Virus record (IMG/VR): IMGVR_UViG_3300025669_000038
Span: 1-55,243 of that record
Strand: one strand, 5' to 3'
DNA: 55,243 nt
From: a virus
Lineage: Duplodnaviria; Caudoviricetes
How positions within the stretch are numbered: the first letter of the stretch is position 1; each line of letters opens with the position of its first letter. Shown here piece by piece: positions 1-8,056 of the stretch. Under the pieces are notes generated by a model, which saw only the letters and a list, made by a program, of their open reading frames with translations, was not told the DNA's origin and searched no databases. Made by a program: the position numbers and the translations under genes.

Positions 1-126
1 ACAAGACCGTCTGGGCTGCATCCGAACAAGCCACTATCGTCAAGGCAGAATCCGACCTCATCAACCAGAACGTCTTGCTCCATTCCGTAGACTTGTCGGC
101 TTTCTTTCTCTCGCCGGATGCCTTCC
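1..126. repeat. Terminal direct repeat / circular overlap (copy 1)
   Basis: Matches 55118-55243 except at 4 positions (6, 9, 12, 18), all synonymous in the exonuclease GCSPDGL codons. Confidence 0.95.
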
Positions 127-323
127 GCGGTCGCACGTGATGAGTAACCTTCTTCAACGATCCCTGACATCCTCTGAGCTACTAGCGTATGCAGATAGCC
201 CTCTCGCGACTTCGATATCTCGCCCTTGCTGGTAATGATCTTGCTGAAGTTCGATGACGTAGGAACTCCGCACCGCTCGTCAAACCACTCTTGCGAACGC
301 TGCTCGCACATCAAGATCCTCAT
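1..323 (-). CDS. YqaJ/lambda-exonuclease family recombination nuclease, 5' part (continues across the circular join)
   Basis: Read by hand, not in ORF track: ATG at 323 gives MRILMCEQRSQEWFDERCGVPTSSNFSKII..., the lambda-Exo QxSxEWxxxRxGxxTxS motif; overlaps the stop of 320..988 (ATGA); in frame with 54829..55200. Confidence 0.9.
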   Translation of the reverse strand, partial: MRILMCEQRSQEWFDERCGVPTSSNFSKIITSKGEISKSREGYLHTLVAQRMSGIVEEGYSSRATAEGIRREKESRQVYGMEQDVLVDEVGFCLDDSGLFGCSPDGL

Positions 324-988
324 TTCGCATCCAGCTTTCTGAGCGTCTGCATGAAGCCCTCATGGACCGCCCCCGCTCCTGCAATTTGACATTCTTCCTT
401 GATCTGATCTGCGTGCGTCGGCCACCAATTCTTGAACTCTTCAACGTCGCGGTCTTCCGATGCCTTCTGGCAAGCAATCAACCACGTAGCGACCTTGTCA
501 CCATCGGCCGGGATGTTGTACTTCGATCCGTCCCACCGGCCGAAGTAGATGTCAGCACCGAATCCAAGCGCCTTACACGCAACGCTAATGGCATCTGTGA
601 CCGCCATCTTGAACCCTTCGTCGTTCGTGTAGGCGTGGTCTTTTTCCTTCTCGACTAGCTTGTTGCCGCCGATACCTAGGATTGCTTCAGACCATTCGCC
701 GCCAATCTTGACGTGCAGCTTGATCTCTGCGCTGCATATCACTTCGTGGCACGCGGCTTCTTCAAGATACTTACCTTGATCCGTCCACGTCCTGACGATC
801 TCATACCGCCATCCGAATCCGATGACGCCGAACAATTCGGTGAGTTTTTGGATTCGCCACATCGGGTTGATGTCACTCTTGCCGCTTATCCGGCCGCCGA
901 CAATCGTCTTCAGTGCATCTGCTGGCGGCTGATGGACCAAGTCCCACAGCTTCATGCCTTCCAGCAGCGTCGTTTTTGCGTCGCTCAT
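320..988 (-). CDS. Sak/Rad52-like single-strand annealing protein
   Basis: DINPMWRIQKLTELFG-x-GFGW and FKMAVTDAISVACKALGFGADIY motifs; adjacent to exonuclease. Confidence 0.8.
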   Translation of the reverse strand: MSDAKTTLLEGMKLWDLVHQPPADALKTIVGGRISGKSDINPMWRIQKLTELFGVIGFGWRYEIVRTWTDQGKYLEEAACHEVICSAEIKLHVKIGGEWSEAILGIGGNKLVEKEKDHAYTNDEGFKMAVTDAISVACKALGFGADIYFGRWDGSKYNIPADGDKVATWLIACQKASEDRDVEEFKNWWPTHADQIKEECQIAGAGAVHEGFMQTLRKLDAK

Positions 989-1098
989 TCGTGCCTCCTA
1001 GATAAAGAGACTGGGTATCCCATCTGAAGCAATCCGCGACCAATTCGCGAATTGGACGTTCCTAACTCTTCGTAGGGATACCCAATCAGTCTGCTCAT
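985..1098 (-). CDS. 37-aa leader ORF translationally coupled to the annealase
   Basis: SD GGAGGT, ATG at 1098, MSRLIGYPYEELG...RRHE*; stop overlaps annealase ATG; lies within a long hairpin. Confidence 0.4.
   Translation of the reverse strand: MSRLIGYPYEELGTSNSRIGRGLLQMGYPVSLSRRHE
1009..1087 (-). other. Long imperfect hairpin with central perfect 16-bp palindrome
   Basis: GACTGGGTATCCC...GGGATACCCAATC arms around CCAATTCGCGAATTGG; the arm mismatch is a G-U pair on the minus-strand RNA. Confidence 0.7.
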
Positions 1099-1127
1099 TC
1101 GTCTAACCTCCGCAGATCAGATGATCC

Positions 1128-1160
1128 ATCCTATCATTTTTCGAGAGGTAGGTCAAGAGG
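1128..1160 (-). promoter_or_regulatory. Sigma70-type promoter with CCTCTYGA direct-repeat operator (copy 1)
   Basis: CCTC-TTGACC-17-TAGGAT with TG extension; CCTCTTGA-N4-CCTCTCGA. Confidence 0.75.
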
Positions 1161-2553
1161 CCTCTGCTTCCTTCTCCTCTTCTGCGGGACTGAGTTCTTC
1201 TGCCCTCAACGCCAGCATTTCCTTCTCTCCAACAACGTACCCGCCATCAATCAGTATTGAGACTTCTGGGCCATTCCCAACGCGCTCGATCCAGATATGG
1301 GCGTCATACTCCTTCGCCAGCGCGTACATCAATTCCATGTTCTTGTCATCCAATAGCGAGCCATCGTGAATCAGCATGATCGGCAGCATCGGCCTGTTCT
1401 CATCTGGGCAATCATCAGTCGTCGCTAGGGCTAATCCCATACCTACTGATACTCGCCACATCTCGGCCTGAGAACATTGCTCGAACGGGATCTCGTTGAA
1501 CGTCACGCCGGCATCGCCAAACCCAAGCCCTGCGACAGGGAACTTGGCCTTTTTCACCGCATCTGTTTTCTTCTGCACGAGAGCTTTAATCTCCGCAGTC
1601 AATGCAGCGGACTTCTCCGTAGCTGCGCTCAGAAACTCTATCTGGTTCTCATAGTCCGCGTTCTCGGATATCTTCGCGTTCAGTCCTTGTGCCCCTGAGA
1701 TCTTGTCTCGGATTTCGTCTTCGTCCTGATCAACCAAATCATCGATAGCTAGAGCTCCGGCATTGCGTTTCTTCGTTGCCGCGTCAAGCGCGCGTTGCTT
1801 ATCAGCTAACAGTTTTTCCGCTTTAGCCACATTACTCTCAAGCGTATCAACATCACGCAGTATCGAGTCCACAGTCAACGCCAGATTCTTTTGCTCGCTG
1901 CGCTTTCCCTCGTTCGTGGCATTCACGTTCTGGCGAGATGACAGCTCATCCATCAAGTCGCTGACGGACACCATCAGTACCGGCGCATCGTCGTGGAATG
2001 TCATCTCCTCGAAGACGGCTTTCAGGGCAACGGCTTCCTTATTGACGGTGGTTCGTTCTGCATACTTCGCAGCTCGTTGTTCTTCGAGCTTCGACGTATC
2101 AACGCCCGTCAGCATCTTCAGGGTTTCCAACTGCTTCGGCGGTTTCTGATTCACAAACGCCAAAGGATCGAACGTGAGGATCCCAACCAGTTCATCGAGG
2201 ACGTCTTGGGGTGAGTTCGGCTCCCATCCTTCGCTGTTCGTGACCTTCAGATACGAATTCGTCAACGTAAATGTCCGAGTGACAATCAGCCACGGTTTCC
2301 ACGTCTTATTTACTTTCTTTGAGATCGTCACCCCGATAGAAGCGTGATCCTCACCGTCTCGTATCGGCTTCTTAGGGCAAAGAGCCATGCCACCCAACGC
2401 ATACGAAATACAGTCAATCGTCGATGATTTCCCAGCTGCGTTCTCTCCACCAATCACAATCACGTTCTCGCCTTCTGGCGGCGTGATGTCGATAGCGTGA
2501 ATTCGCTTGATGTTCTCGGCCACTAACCTTGTGACTCGAACGGTTTCGCGCAT
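1153..2553 (-). CDS. SMC/Rad50-like coiled-coil ATPase
   Basis: Walker A GENAAGKS, long coiled coil, signature-like SQAE, Walker B MLIHDGSLLD. Confidence 0.8.
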   Translation of the reverse strand: MRETVRVTRLVAENIKRIHAIDITPPEGENVIVIGGENAAGKSSTIDCISYALGGMALCPKKPIRDGEDHASIGVTISKKVNKTWKPWLIVTRTFTLTNSYLKVTNSEGWEPNSPQDVLDELVGILTFDPLAFVNQKPPKQLETLKMLTGVDTSKLEEQRAAKYAERTTVNKEAVALKAVFEEMTFHDDAPVLMVSVSDLMDELSSRQNVNATNEGKRSEQKNLALTVDSILRDVDTLESNVAKAEKLLADKQRALDAATKKRNAGALAIDDLVDQDEDEIRDKISGAQGLNAKISENADYENQIEFLSAATEKSAALTAEIKALVQKKTDAVKKAKFPVAGLGFGDAGVTFNEIPFEQCSQAEMWRVSVGMGLALATTDDCPDENRPMLPIMLIHDGSLLDDKNMELMYALAKEYDAHIWIERVGNGPEVSILIDGGYVVGEKEMLALRAEELSPAEEEKEAEAS

Positions 2554-2575
2554 TTCATTTCCTCCTCTTTTCTCC

Positions 2576-2645
2576 GCTCGCTTGCCTCGTCGGACACAGA
2601 TACGAGCCTACTGTGTGACGATCCCGCCCCGGAGAGCAGGATCGT
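2576..2645 (-). promoter_or_regulatory. Structured intergenic leader (two hairpins, possible pseudoknot)
   Basis: 12-bp stem 2618-2645; 6-bp stem 2594-2616 whose loop GCUCGU can pair with GCGAGC just upstream of the SD. Confidence 0.45.
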
Positions 2646-2650
2646 TTCGG

Positions 2651-3457
2651 CTAGGGTGCTGAACACAGGCCGGGAGGAAAATCGGCACACCCTATCCCCT
2701 CTACTAGCTCTTTCTCCCACGTCACGTCTTGCTCATCGAGATACTGCGATACGTCAAACCAAATCTTGAAGCTGTTCCAGACAGTCTGCCATCGTTCGTC
2801 CGGCTTGATCGCTTTCAGGTCAACCAGGCGAATCGCATGGCGAACCATTGCAGCTCGCAACTTCTCGATGTCTTCAGGCCAGGTGAAATTTGACAGGCTC
2901 GCTATCATCCCGTCTGACAGGTCTCTGATGTCTTGAACGACCTTCGCTTCGCTCCGACCTCGCCGATGTACCAGCTCTTCTGCAAACTCTTCTGTCGGCA
3001 CAAACACGTGACATCCTTCGGCCGTTGGATCTTCACATGCCTCGAGCCCGTTGTTGAATTTCACACAGTTTCCGCAGATGCCCCAGCCTTCTAGATTCAC
3101 GATTTCAATCCCAGCGGGCGCAGGCTTTATGGCGTCAGCCAGTACCCGCTTGCCTGTTCCGCCGCATTCGCCGCAAACGCACGGCACATCTTCGACCGCG
3201 AATCCGCTTCCTCCTCGTTCCTTCTCGTACTCGCCGGTGCCATCACACGCTTCGCAGATCTCATATCCCCGGTTCGCCATCCACGCGTCGAGCGAATCTT
3301 TAGCCTCGCCCCACGACATACCGAACGATTCCATGAGAGCCGGAATTGCAGCAATCATGTTTCCAGCCCAGGACCCCGCCCTACCAGCCTTGAAGCCGTC
3401 GAGGAATAGCGCGGAATAATACGGCCAATTTTCTGGCCTGGCTCGTGATTCGCTCAT
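2651..3457 (-). CDS. Multi-module protein with DnaJ-type Zn-finger repeats
   Basis: CEACDGTG and CGECGGTG (CxxCxGxG) plus a further Cys cluster; start placed at ATG 3457 after SD GGAGG. Confidence 0.65.
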   Translation of the reverse strand: MSESRARPENWPYYSALFLDGFKAGRAGSWAGNMIAAIPALMESFGMSWGEAKDSLDAWMANRGYEICEACDGTGEYEKERGGSGFAVEDVPCVCGECGGTGKRVLADAIKPAPAGIEIVNLEGWGICGNCVKFNNGLEACEDPTAEGCHVFVPTEEFAEELVHRRGRSEAKVVQDIRDLSDGMIASLSNFTWPEDIEKLRAAMVRHAIRLVDLKAIKPDERWQTVWNSFKIWFDVSQYLDEQDVTWEKELVEGIGCADFPPGLCSAP

Positions 3458-3498
3458 TTCGTTTTCCTCCTGTTGTCTGTTCCCTGTGTCCATGACTT

Positions 3499-3531
3499 AC
3501 CTTAGCACGTTTCGAGAGGTTTGTCAAGAGG
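3499..3531 (-). promoter_or_regulatory. Sigma70-type promoter with CCTCTYGA direct-repeat operator (copy 2)
   Basis: TTGACA-17-TAAGGT with TG extension; CCTCTTGA-CAAA-CCTCTCGA. Confidence 0.8.
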
Positions 3532-3560
3532 AAGCAGCAAAGGATTTGCAAAGGGTTATC

Positions 3561-3592
3561 AAACAGAAAAGCCCGTCCGCGAACGAACGAGC
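3561..3592 (-). terminator. Intrinsic terminator
   Basis: GCUCGUUCG-UUCG-CGGACGGGC stem followed by UUUUCUGUUU. Confidence 0.8.
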
Positions 3593-3645
3593 CTTCCCTG
3601 AATGAGCGAAACACGCACTACGCTGGAAGAAGTACGGGTTTACCC
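3561..3645 (-). ncRNA. Putative ~83-nt small RNA (sRNA-A)
   Basis: Bounded by a near-consensus promoter (3650-3678) and an intrinsic terminator (3561-3592); no SD-led ORF inside. Confidence 0.65.
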
Positions 3646-3649
3646 GGAC

Positions 3650-3678
3650 ATCATAGCACAGCTCTGTCTTGCGGTCAA
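3650..3678 (-). promoter_or_regulatory. Sigma70-type promoter of sRNA-A
   Basis: TTGACC-17-TATGAT with TG extension. Confidence 0.8.
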
Positions 3679-3801
3679 CACACAACTCTTGCAGTCATCG
3701 TCCGTACGGCCCCATTGCCTTCGTATAGGGTTGTAGGTGTAATTGCCCGGTTGAAGACGTTTACGACCCCGCTAACTTCCTCGTGGGGGCTCATGGCAAG
3801 G

Positions 3802-3894
3802 CTATAGATTCCCGGTTGTCAACAACCCGAGGAATATCCCAATCACAATACCGATCAGCGCTGCAATGATCCCTTCAAGCATCCACCAGATCAC
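3802..3894 (-). CDS. 30-aa single-TM peptide
   Basis: GTG overlapping lipoprotein stop; MIWWMLEGIIAALIGIVIGIFLGLLTTGNL. Confidence 0.5.
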   Translation of the reverse strand: MIWWMLEGIIAALIGIVIGIFLGLLTTGNL

Positions 3895-4739
3895 AGCACG
3901 CTCGAAGGCGTCTGAACTGATCCACACCCGATGTACGGGTTGGCCGGTATCATCTGAACGTCCAGCGTTGTAGCACCTTGCTCATCTTCCCACGTTGTCG
4001 TGATTGTTACGTCTGTGCCTTGCCGCGTATCTGTCGGCCACTTCAATCCGCATGTAGCGCCTCCAGGATAGCCAGACACCCCCCAGTCAGGCGGCGAGTA
4101 TGGAAGCATCGTAGGATTAGAACTGTGACTGTCGATGAACAAACCCCACCCCTGAATGAACATGAAGGCATTGTAGATCATCCGCCCAGTGTCAAGCCTG
4201 ACGTGATACTCTTCGATCGTGCCATCCCACGGGAACGCCCCAGTATAAGGAGGGCAGAACACGGCAAGCCCTCCGTATATCCCCCACTCGACTGTGGCGT
4301 CAATTAGTTTGATGGGCCCACCTTCAGGATCGTAGGCGCGGGGATAGGTTATGATGTACCGTTCCCTCGCGTGCAGTGTCCACTGATTAGTGATGAAGTT
4401 GATAACAAGCCGCCCAGGGACAGGGCCAGTATTGCGAAGCCAGATCGTCTCAGTAGTCGTCTGTGAATCGCTGCCATCGAACCAAACTACCGTCACATCA
4501 GTTGGCAGCGCATTGATGGTAACGATCAGCGTGTTGTTGGTCTGAGTGTACGTCTTGCCTTCAACTGAGAACGTATATTGCCCTCCCGTCACACCAAGCG
4601 CAATCAAGGTCACTTCGCATGGCGGGTAGGAGGAATCGGGAACGGACAGAGTAAGCGTGCTGACTGTGCTTGTAGGGAAACACCCAGCCAACCAGCCGAG
4701 TGGAACAATTAACAGGAAAAGTAGAAGTATTCGCTTCAT
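3891..4739 (-). CDS. Lipoprotein with beta-rich (Ig/PKD-like) domains
   Basis: MKRILLLFLLIVPLGWLAG-C lipobox; SD GGAGGT before ATG 4739; YDPEGGPI motif. Confidence 0.7.
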   Translation of the reverse strand: MKRILLLFLLIVPLGWLAGCFPTSTVSTLTLSVPDSSYPPCEVTLIALGVTGGQYTFSVEGKTYTQTNNTLIVTINALPTDVTVVWFDGSDSQTTTETIWLRNTGPVPGRLVINFITNQWTLHARERYIITYPRAYDPEGGPIKLIDATVEWGIYGGLAVFCPPYTGAFPWDGTIEEYHVRLDTGRMIYNAFMFIQGWGLFIDSHSSNPTMLPYSPPDWGVSGYPGGATCGLKWPTDTRQGTDVTITTTWEDEQGATTLDVQMIPANPYIGCGSVQTPSSVL

Positions 4740-4744
4740 TCCGC

Positions 4745-4825
4745 ACCTCCAAGTACGAGAACGCGCGCGGGGCAACTCGTATTACCCCGCGACTGCGCAA
4801 GGAGGGCAACCTTCATCAGGCTGCC
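4745..4825 (-). promoter_or_regulatory. Structured intergenic leader (two hairpins, possible pseudoknot at SD)
   Basis: Stems 4805-4825 and 4766-4791; apical UACGAG complementary to CUCGUA at 4754-4759 next to the SD. Confidence 0.5.
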
Positions 4826-4827
4826 TT

Positions 4828-5352
4828 TTACAGATCGATGTCGAAGTCAATCCTCAGACCGAACAACGGGCGCAATAGCCAGTTGCTCGTGGATACCTGC
4901 CACGGGATATTCAGCCCGGCCCATATCTCGAGCGGACCAACATACCCGGACGTCATGAATCTAGGAACCAAGGCCACCATTAGAATGTCCGCCGGATAGT
5001 TCATGTTGTAGGTGATGTCGCACGCGAATGTAATCTCGCATCCGTAGATGAGCGTTCCTGCCGTGTTGACGATCGCCTGTTGGTCGAATCCGATGTTTGA
5101 TTCAAACCCCAAACCCATGTCGTTGTCTGAGTCTAGAAGATCGGCGTCGTCATACGTAAATCCGACGTTGATAAACCACGCAGGCGAAAGCATCCCCTCG
5201 AGCGTAATCCCTGCATCCAGAGTGGGCGATGGTACAACGCCGCCGACAATCTCAGGAACGTTCACCTCAACCCACGGATTCAAACTCGGCCCTGCGAAAG
5301 CGACCGCCGACATTGCCAACATCAAAAGCGATAGAACTAATGCCTTTTTCAT
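4828..5352 (-). CDS. Secreted protein, probable small outer-membrane beta-barrel
   Basis: Signal peptide MKKALVLSLLMLAMSAVAFA; alternating amphipathic beta strands ending LFGLRIDFDIDL. Confidence 0.55.
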   Translation of the reverse strand: MKKALVLSLLMLAMSAVAFAGPSLNPWVEVNVPEIVGGVVPSPTLDAGITLEGMLSPAWFINVGFTYDDADLLDSDNDMGLGFESNIGFDQQAIVNTAGTLIYGCEITFACDITYNMNYPADILMVALVPRFMTSGYVGPLEIWAGLNIPWQVSTSNWLLRPLFGLRIDFDIDL

Positions 5353-5573
5353 TGTGTTGCCTCCTGCTCTTCGTCGTCGTCTGGAATGTCAAGAGCCTTC
5401 CGAATTCCAGCAACAAACCTATCGTCGAGAGTGTTGTCCGTTCGCGCTGCCAGCTCCTCAAGGCCATCAAGGATCATGTCCGCGAACGACCTCCAATTTT
5501 CCTTTGTGACAAAGTGGCTAATTGCGCCACCAATCACATCATTGAGAACCTTCTTCTTGAGCCATGTAAACAT
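5349..5573 (-). CDS. Small amphipathic protein (TDNTLDD motif) in lysis-gene position
   Basis: SD AAGGAG; coupled to downstream gene; function not recognised. Confidence 0.6.
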   Translation of the reverse strand: MFTWLKKKVLNDVIGGAISHFVTKENWRSFADMILDGLEELAARTDNTLDDRFVAGIRKALDIPDDDEEQEATQ

Positions 5574-5611
5574 GTTTCCGCTCCTTTTCGTGGATCGGCC
5601 CTAGCGTATCG

Positions 5612-5869
5612 TCACGCTTTAGTCAACCCGTACTGTATCGCCATGAACGCCAAAGCCCCGGCCGCCGACAGAAACGTAGTCAGCATCAAGATAACCAGCG
5701 CCCACAACTGCTTCCTGATCGTATCCAAGGCTCCGTTTTGAATCGTTTGATAGGTCTTCAGGTTTGACACTTCTACTGATATGGCCGCGCCCTGAGCGCA
5801 TTCTTCCCGCCTCTCATGCCCTGTGTAGTCCCTCGTCAGGCTCCGTCCGTTTGTCATCAGCTTCGCCAT
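5612..5869 (-). CDS. Membrane protein with C-terminal TM helix (holin/XhlA-like position)
   Basis: Coiled segment then LWALVILMLTTFLSAAGALAFMAI. Confidence 0.5.
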   Translation of the reverse strand: MAKLMTNGRSLTRDYTGHERREECAQGAAISVEVSNLKTYQTIQNGALDTIRKQLWALVILMLTTFLSAAGALAFMAIQYGLTKA

Positions 5870-6299
5870 CCTTCTCTATGATCGGGTCAAGCCCTAGAAG
5901 TATTGACGGCAAAACCGTAACCGGCTCTCCGTCTTTCCCTTTGTATGCATTCCCTGAAGCTCTCAACGTAAGCAGGTCAAGCGAGATAGGATTGATGTCC
6001 AGCTCAACATCCTCGTTCACTAGAATGGAGAATGCCTTTCCGAACTTCTCTTGCTCGCCTTCGTCGAACTTCACTGGGCCATTCGGCGTACCGTCTTCAG
6101 TTACCAACTTGCCGTCTTCCGTCTGGCCGAACTCATTCAGCAGTTGAATCCTACGCGCTTCAAATGCCTTCTGTGCAAGTCCGACCTTCTTCGCAACCTT
6201 CATCAGCTTGTACGCCGCGCTTATCTCAAGCGGGATGGCACTCACGATAGCGCCTAGTGAGTCTGCCAATTGTTTGATGTTGCCCGCAAGTATCTTCAC
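5814..6299 (-). CDS. Hypothetical protein after tail fibre genes (DUF1617-like)
   Basis: AYKLMK...FEARRIQLLNEFG pattern and position; SD GGAGG with GTG start. Confidence 0.5.
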   Translation of the reverse strand: MKILAGNIKQLADSLGAIVSAIPLEISAAYKLMKVAKKVGLAQKAFEARRIQLLNEFGQTEDGKLVTEDGTPNGPVKFDEGEQEKFGKAFSILVNEDVELDINPISLDLLTLRASGNAYKGKDGEPVTVLPSILLGLDPIIEKDGEADDKRTEPDEGLHRA

Positions 6300-6359
6300 G
6301 TTCCCTCCCTCAGATTTTCCAGCTAAACGTTACGAACGACCATTGTTCATATCTATCCC

Positions 6360-6387
6360 ATTGTATAGAACTGCCATCCCCGTTCAA
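6360..6387 (-). promoter_or_regulatory. Possible promoter for the membrane/moron module
   Basis: TTGAAC-16-TACAAT in an intergenic gap. Confidence 0.4.
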
Positions 6388-6395
6388 AATATTCA

Positions 6396-8042
6396 CTACG
6401 CTTCTTCCCTGAATGCAATATATCTAGTGGCCCCTCCAACATCACAGGTTATCAGCCCTTCATGCCCGATCTTCAAAGAGACAGAATCCGTCGCCACGAT
6501 GCCTGTTATAGTCAGCACGGACGATGCGTTTACCTGTACGATTAAATCATCCTCTGAATCCAACCTCAGATCACCACCAGAGTAAATCAGGAAGTCTTTA
6601 TTCACTCCGGATGTCATATTGATGTAATTCGTCAATGACACTTCCCATAGACCATTCCCGAGGTCTAGCCACTGGTGAGCCGCAATGTCCTTTGTGATAT
6701 AATCGCAGCCGGTAATGTTGTGATATGTCGCTCCGTCCTTGAAAACAACAGTATCATTGATATTGAGTTTGTTTACGGTTACAGCGCCATCAACGATTGC
6801 CGAAGAGCCAACTGAATTGTTCTCCATCATAGTCGCGATGATCTCTACTGACGCCGGGCTGATCCGAGCGAAATTCATTGTCCCAGAATCAATATCGTCA
6901 GCTACTAGCGTTCCCCTGATGTCAGCGCCAGTACAAAACAGCTTCCCGGCCTTCGTCACGCGAAATGGGGCAGAAGCAGGGGTTGCATGCCCGGCATAGA
7001 TTCTATAGGTTGCGTCAGCGCCGTCCAACACACCAACGTCGTTGCCAGTTCCTGCCGTAATGGTAGTGGCGGACGAGATTTTGTCGCCAGTAATAGCATT
7101 CGCCTTGATGCTGTCAGCGACAACCTCTCCAAGACACACGATGTTCATTGCGAAGATCGAGATGGCTACTAGGTTGTTATTGTTCGCCGCGCAGACTGTA
7201 GTCGAGCCGCCTGCCGTGTCTGGTATTGAGCTTTCGGTTGTGTCGTCCTCTCCGATGAACGTGGCGGAATAACGATAGGCACGCGTGCCGATGTTCGTCT
7301 GCATCAGGACGTCTTTGTGCATGCACCCAATCAGCCCTTCAGGGAACAGCTCTGTCCAATAAGTACCAGAATCCCAGGAAGACGGTGCAGGATCTACGTT
7401 GCCGTCCTCATCACGCCAGTTCGTCCCTGCGTCGTCCGTGTACTGGAACCACAGTCTAATGCTGCGAAGCCCTACAACGCTCGATGGTGGTGTCTGGAAG
7501 GCTATCCCCATCATGGCGTAACCCTCAACAACGCCGTCGCCGCCGATAGAGTCTTTGAAGATTAGGCCGTTTGCGTCATCTGGGATAACAGGAGCCGTAC
7601 CAATAGGAGTGTTTGACGTATCGCTCAGCTCAGCGCTTGCCGCTGATTCATTGCCGCTTGTGTCGATAGCCGTGATGACGAAATAGTATGTCTTCGTCGT
7701 ATCGCTTGCGGGATATGTGTATGCCTCAGTCGTGCCAACCAGCGTCTTTTTGTCGTACGTCTCATCGTCCGTTATGACAATGCTGGCGGACTCAGAGCGG
7801 TACACCGCAATGTCTGAGAGGTCATAGCACGGGTTCCCATCATCGTTGAGTGTAGGGTTCACCCATGTCAGGGTAATCCCTTCGGCTATTCCGGCAATGG
7901 CAAACGAGGACGGCGTAAGAGGAGCAACGGTATCAACAGCAGCCGTGACGTGAACCTCTTCGCTGAAGTCGCTCGCCCATTGGCTAGGCAGTGCGTGCAG
8001 CGTGTCAAGATTCCGTACACCCCTAAGCGTTGAATAGCTCAT
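6396..8042 (-). CDS. Tail-tip/host-specificity protein, C-terminal half (FN3 domain plus fibre repeats)
   Basis: FN3 (ITLTW...YYFVITAIDTSGNES), IKANAITGDKI repeats, APFRVTKAG motif; SD GGAGGA before ATG 8042. Confidence 0.75.
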   Translation of the reverse strand: MSYSTLRGVRNLDTLHALPSQWASDFSEEVHVTAAVDTVAPLTPSSFAIAGIAEGITLTWVNPTLNDDGNPCYDLSDIAVYRSESASIVITDDETYDKKTLVGTTEAYTYPASDTTKTYYFVITAIDTSGNESAASAELSDTSNTPIGTAPVIPDDANGLIFKDSIGGDGVVEGYAMMGIAFQTPPSSVVGLRSIRLWFQYTDDAGTNWRDEDGNVDPAPSSWDSGTYWTELFPEGLIGCMHKDVLMQTNIGTRAYRYSATFIGEDDTTESSIPDTAGGSTTVCAANNNNLVAISIFAMNIVCLGEVVADSIKANAITGDKISSATTITAGTGNDVGVLDGADATYRIYAGHATPASAPFRVTKAGKLFCTGADIRGTLVADDIDSGTMNFARISPASVEIIATMMENNSVGSSAIVDGAVTVNKLNINDTVVFKDGATYHNITGCDYITKDIAAHQWLDLGNGLWEVSLTNYINMTSGVNKDFLIYSGGDLRLDSEDDLIVQVNASSVLTITGIVATDSVSLKIGHEGLITCDVGGATRYIAFREEA

Positions 8043-8056
8043 TTTTCCTCCGGCTG

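Noticed and set aside
3676-3795. 39-aa ORF MSPHEEV... or a third ncRNA
   Set aside because: No SD, no convincing -10 and only weak structure
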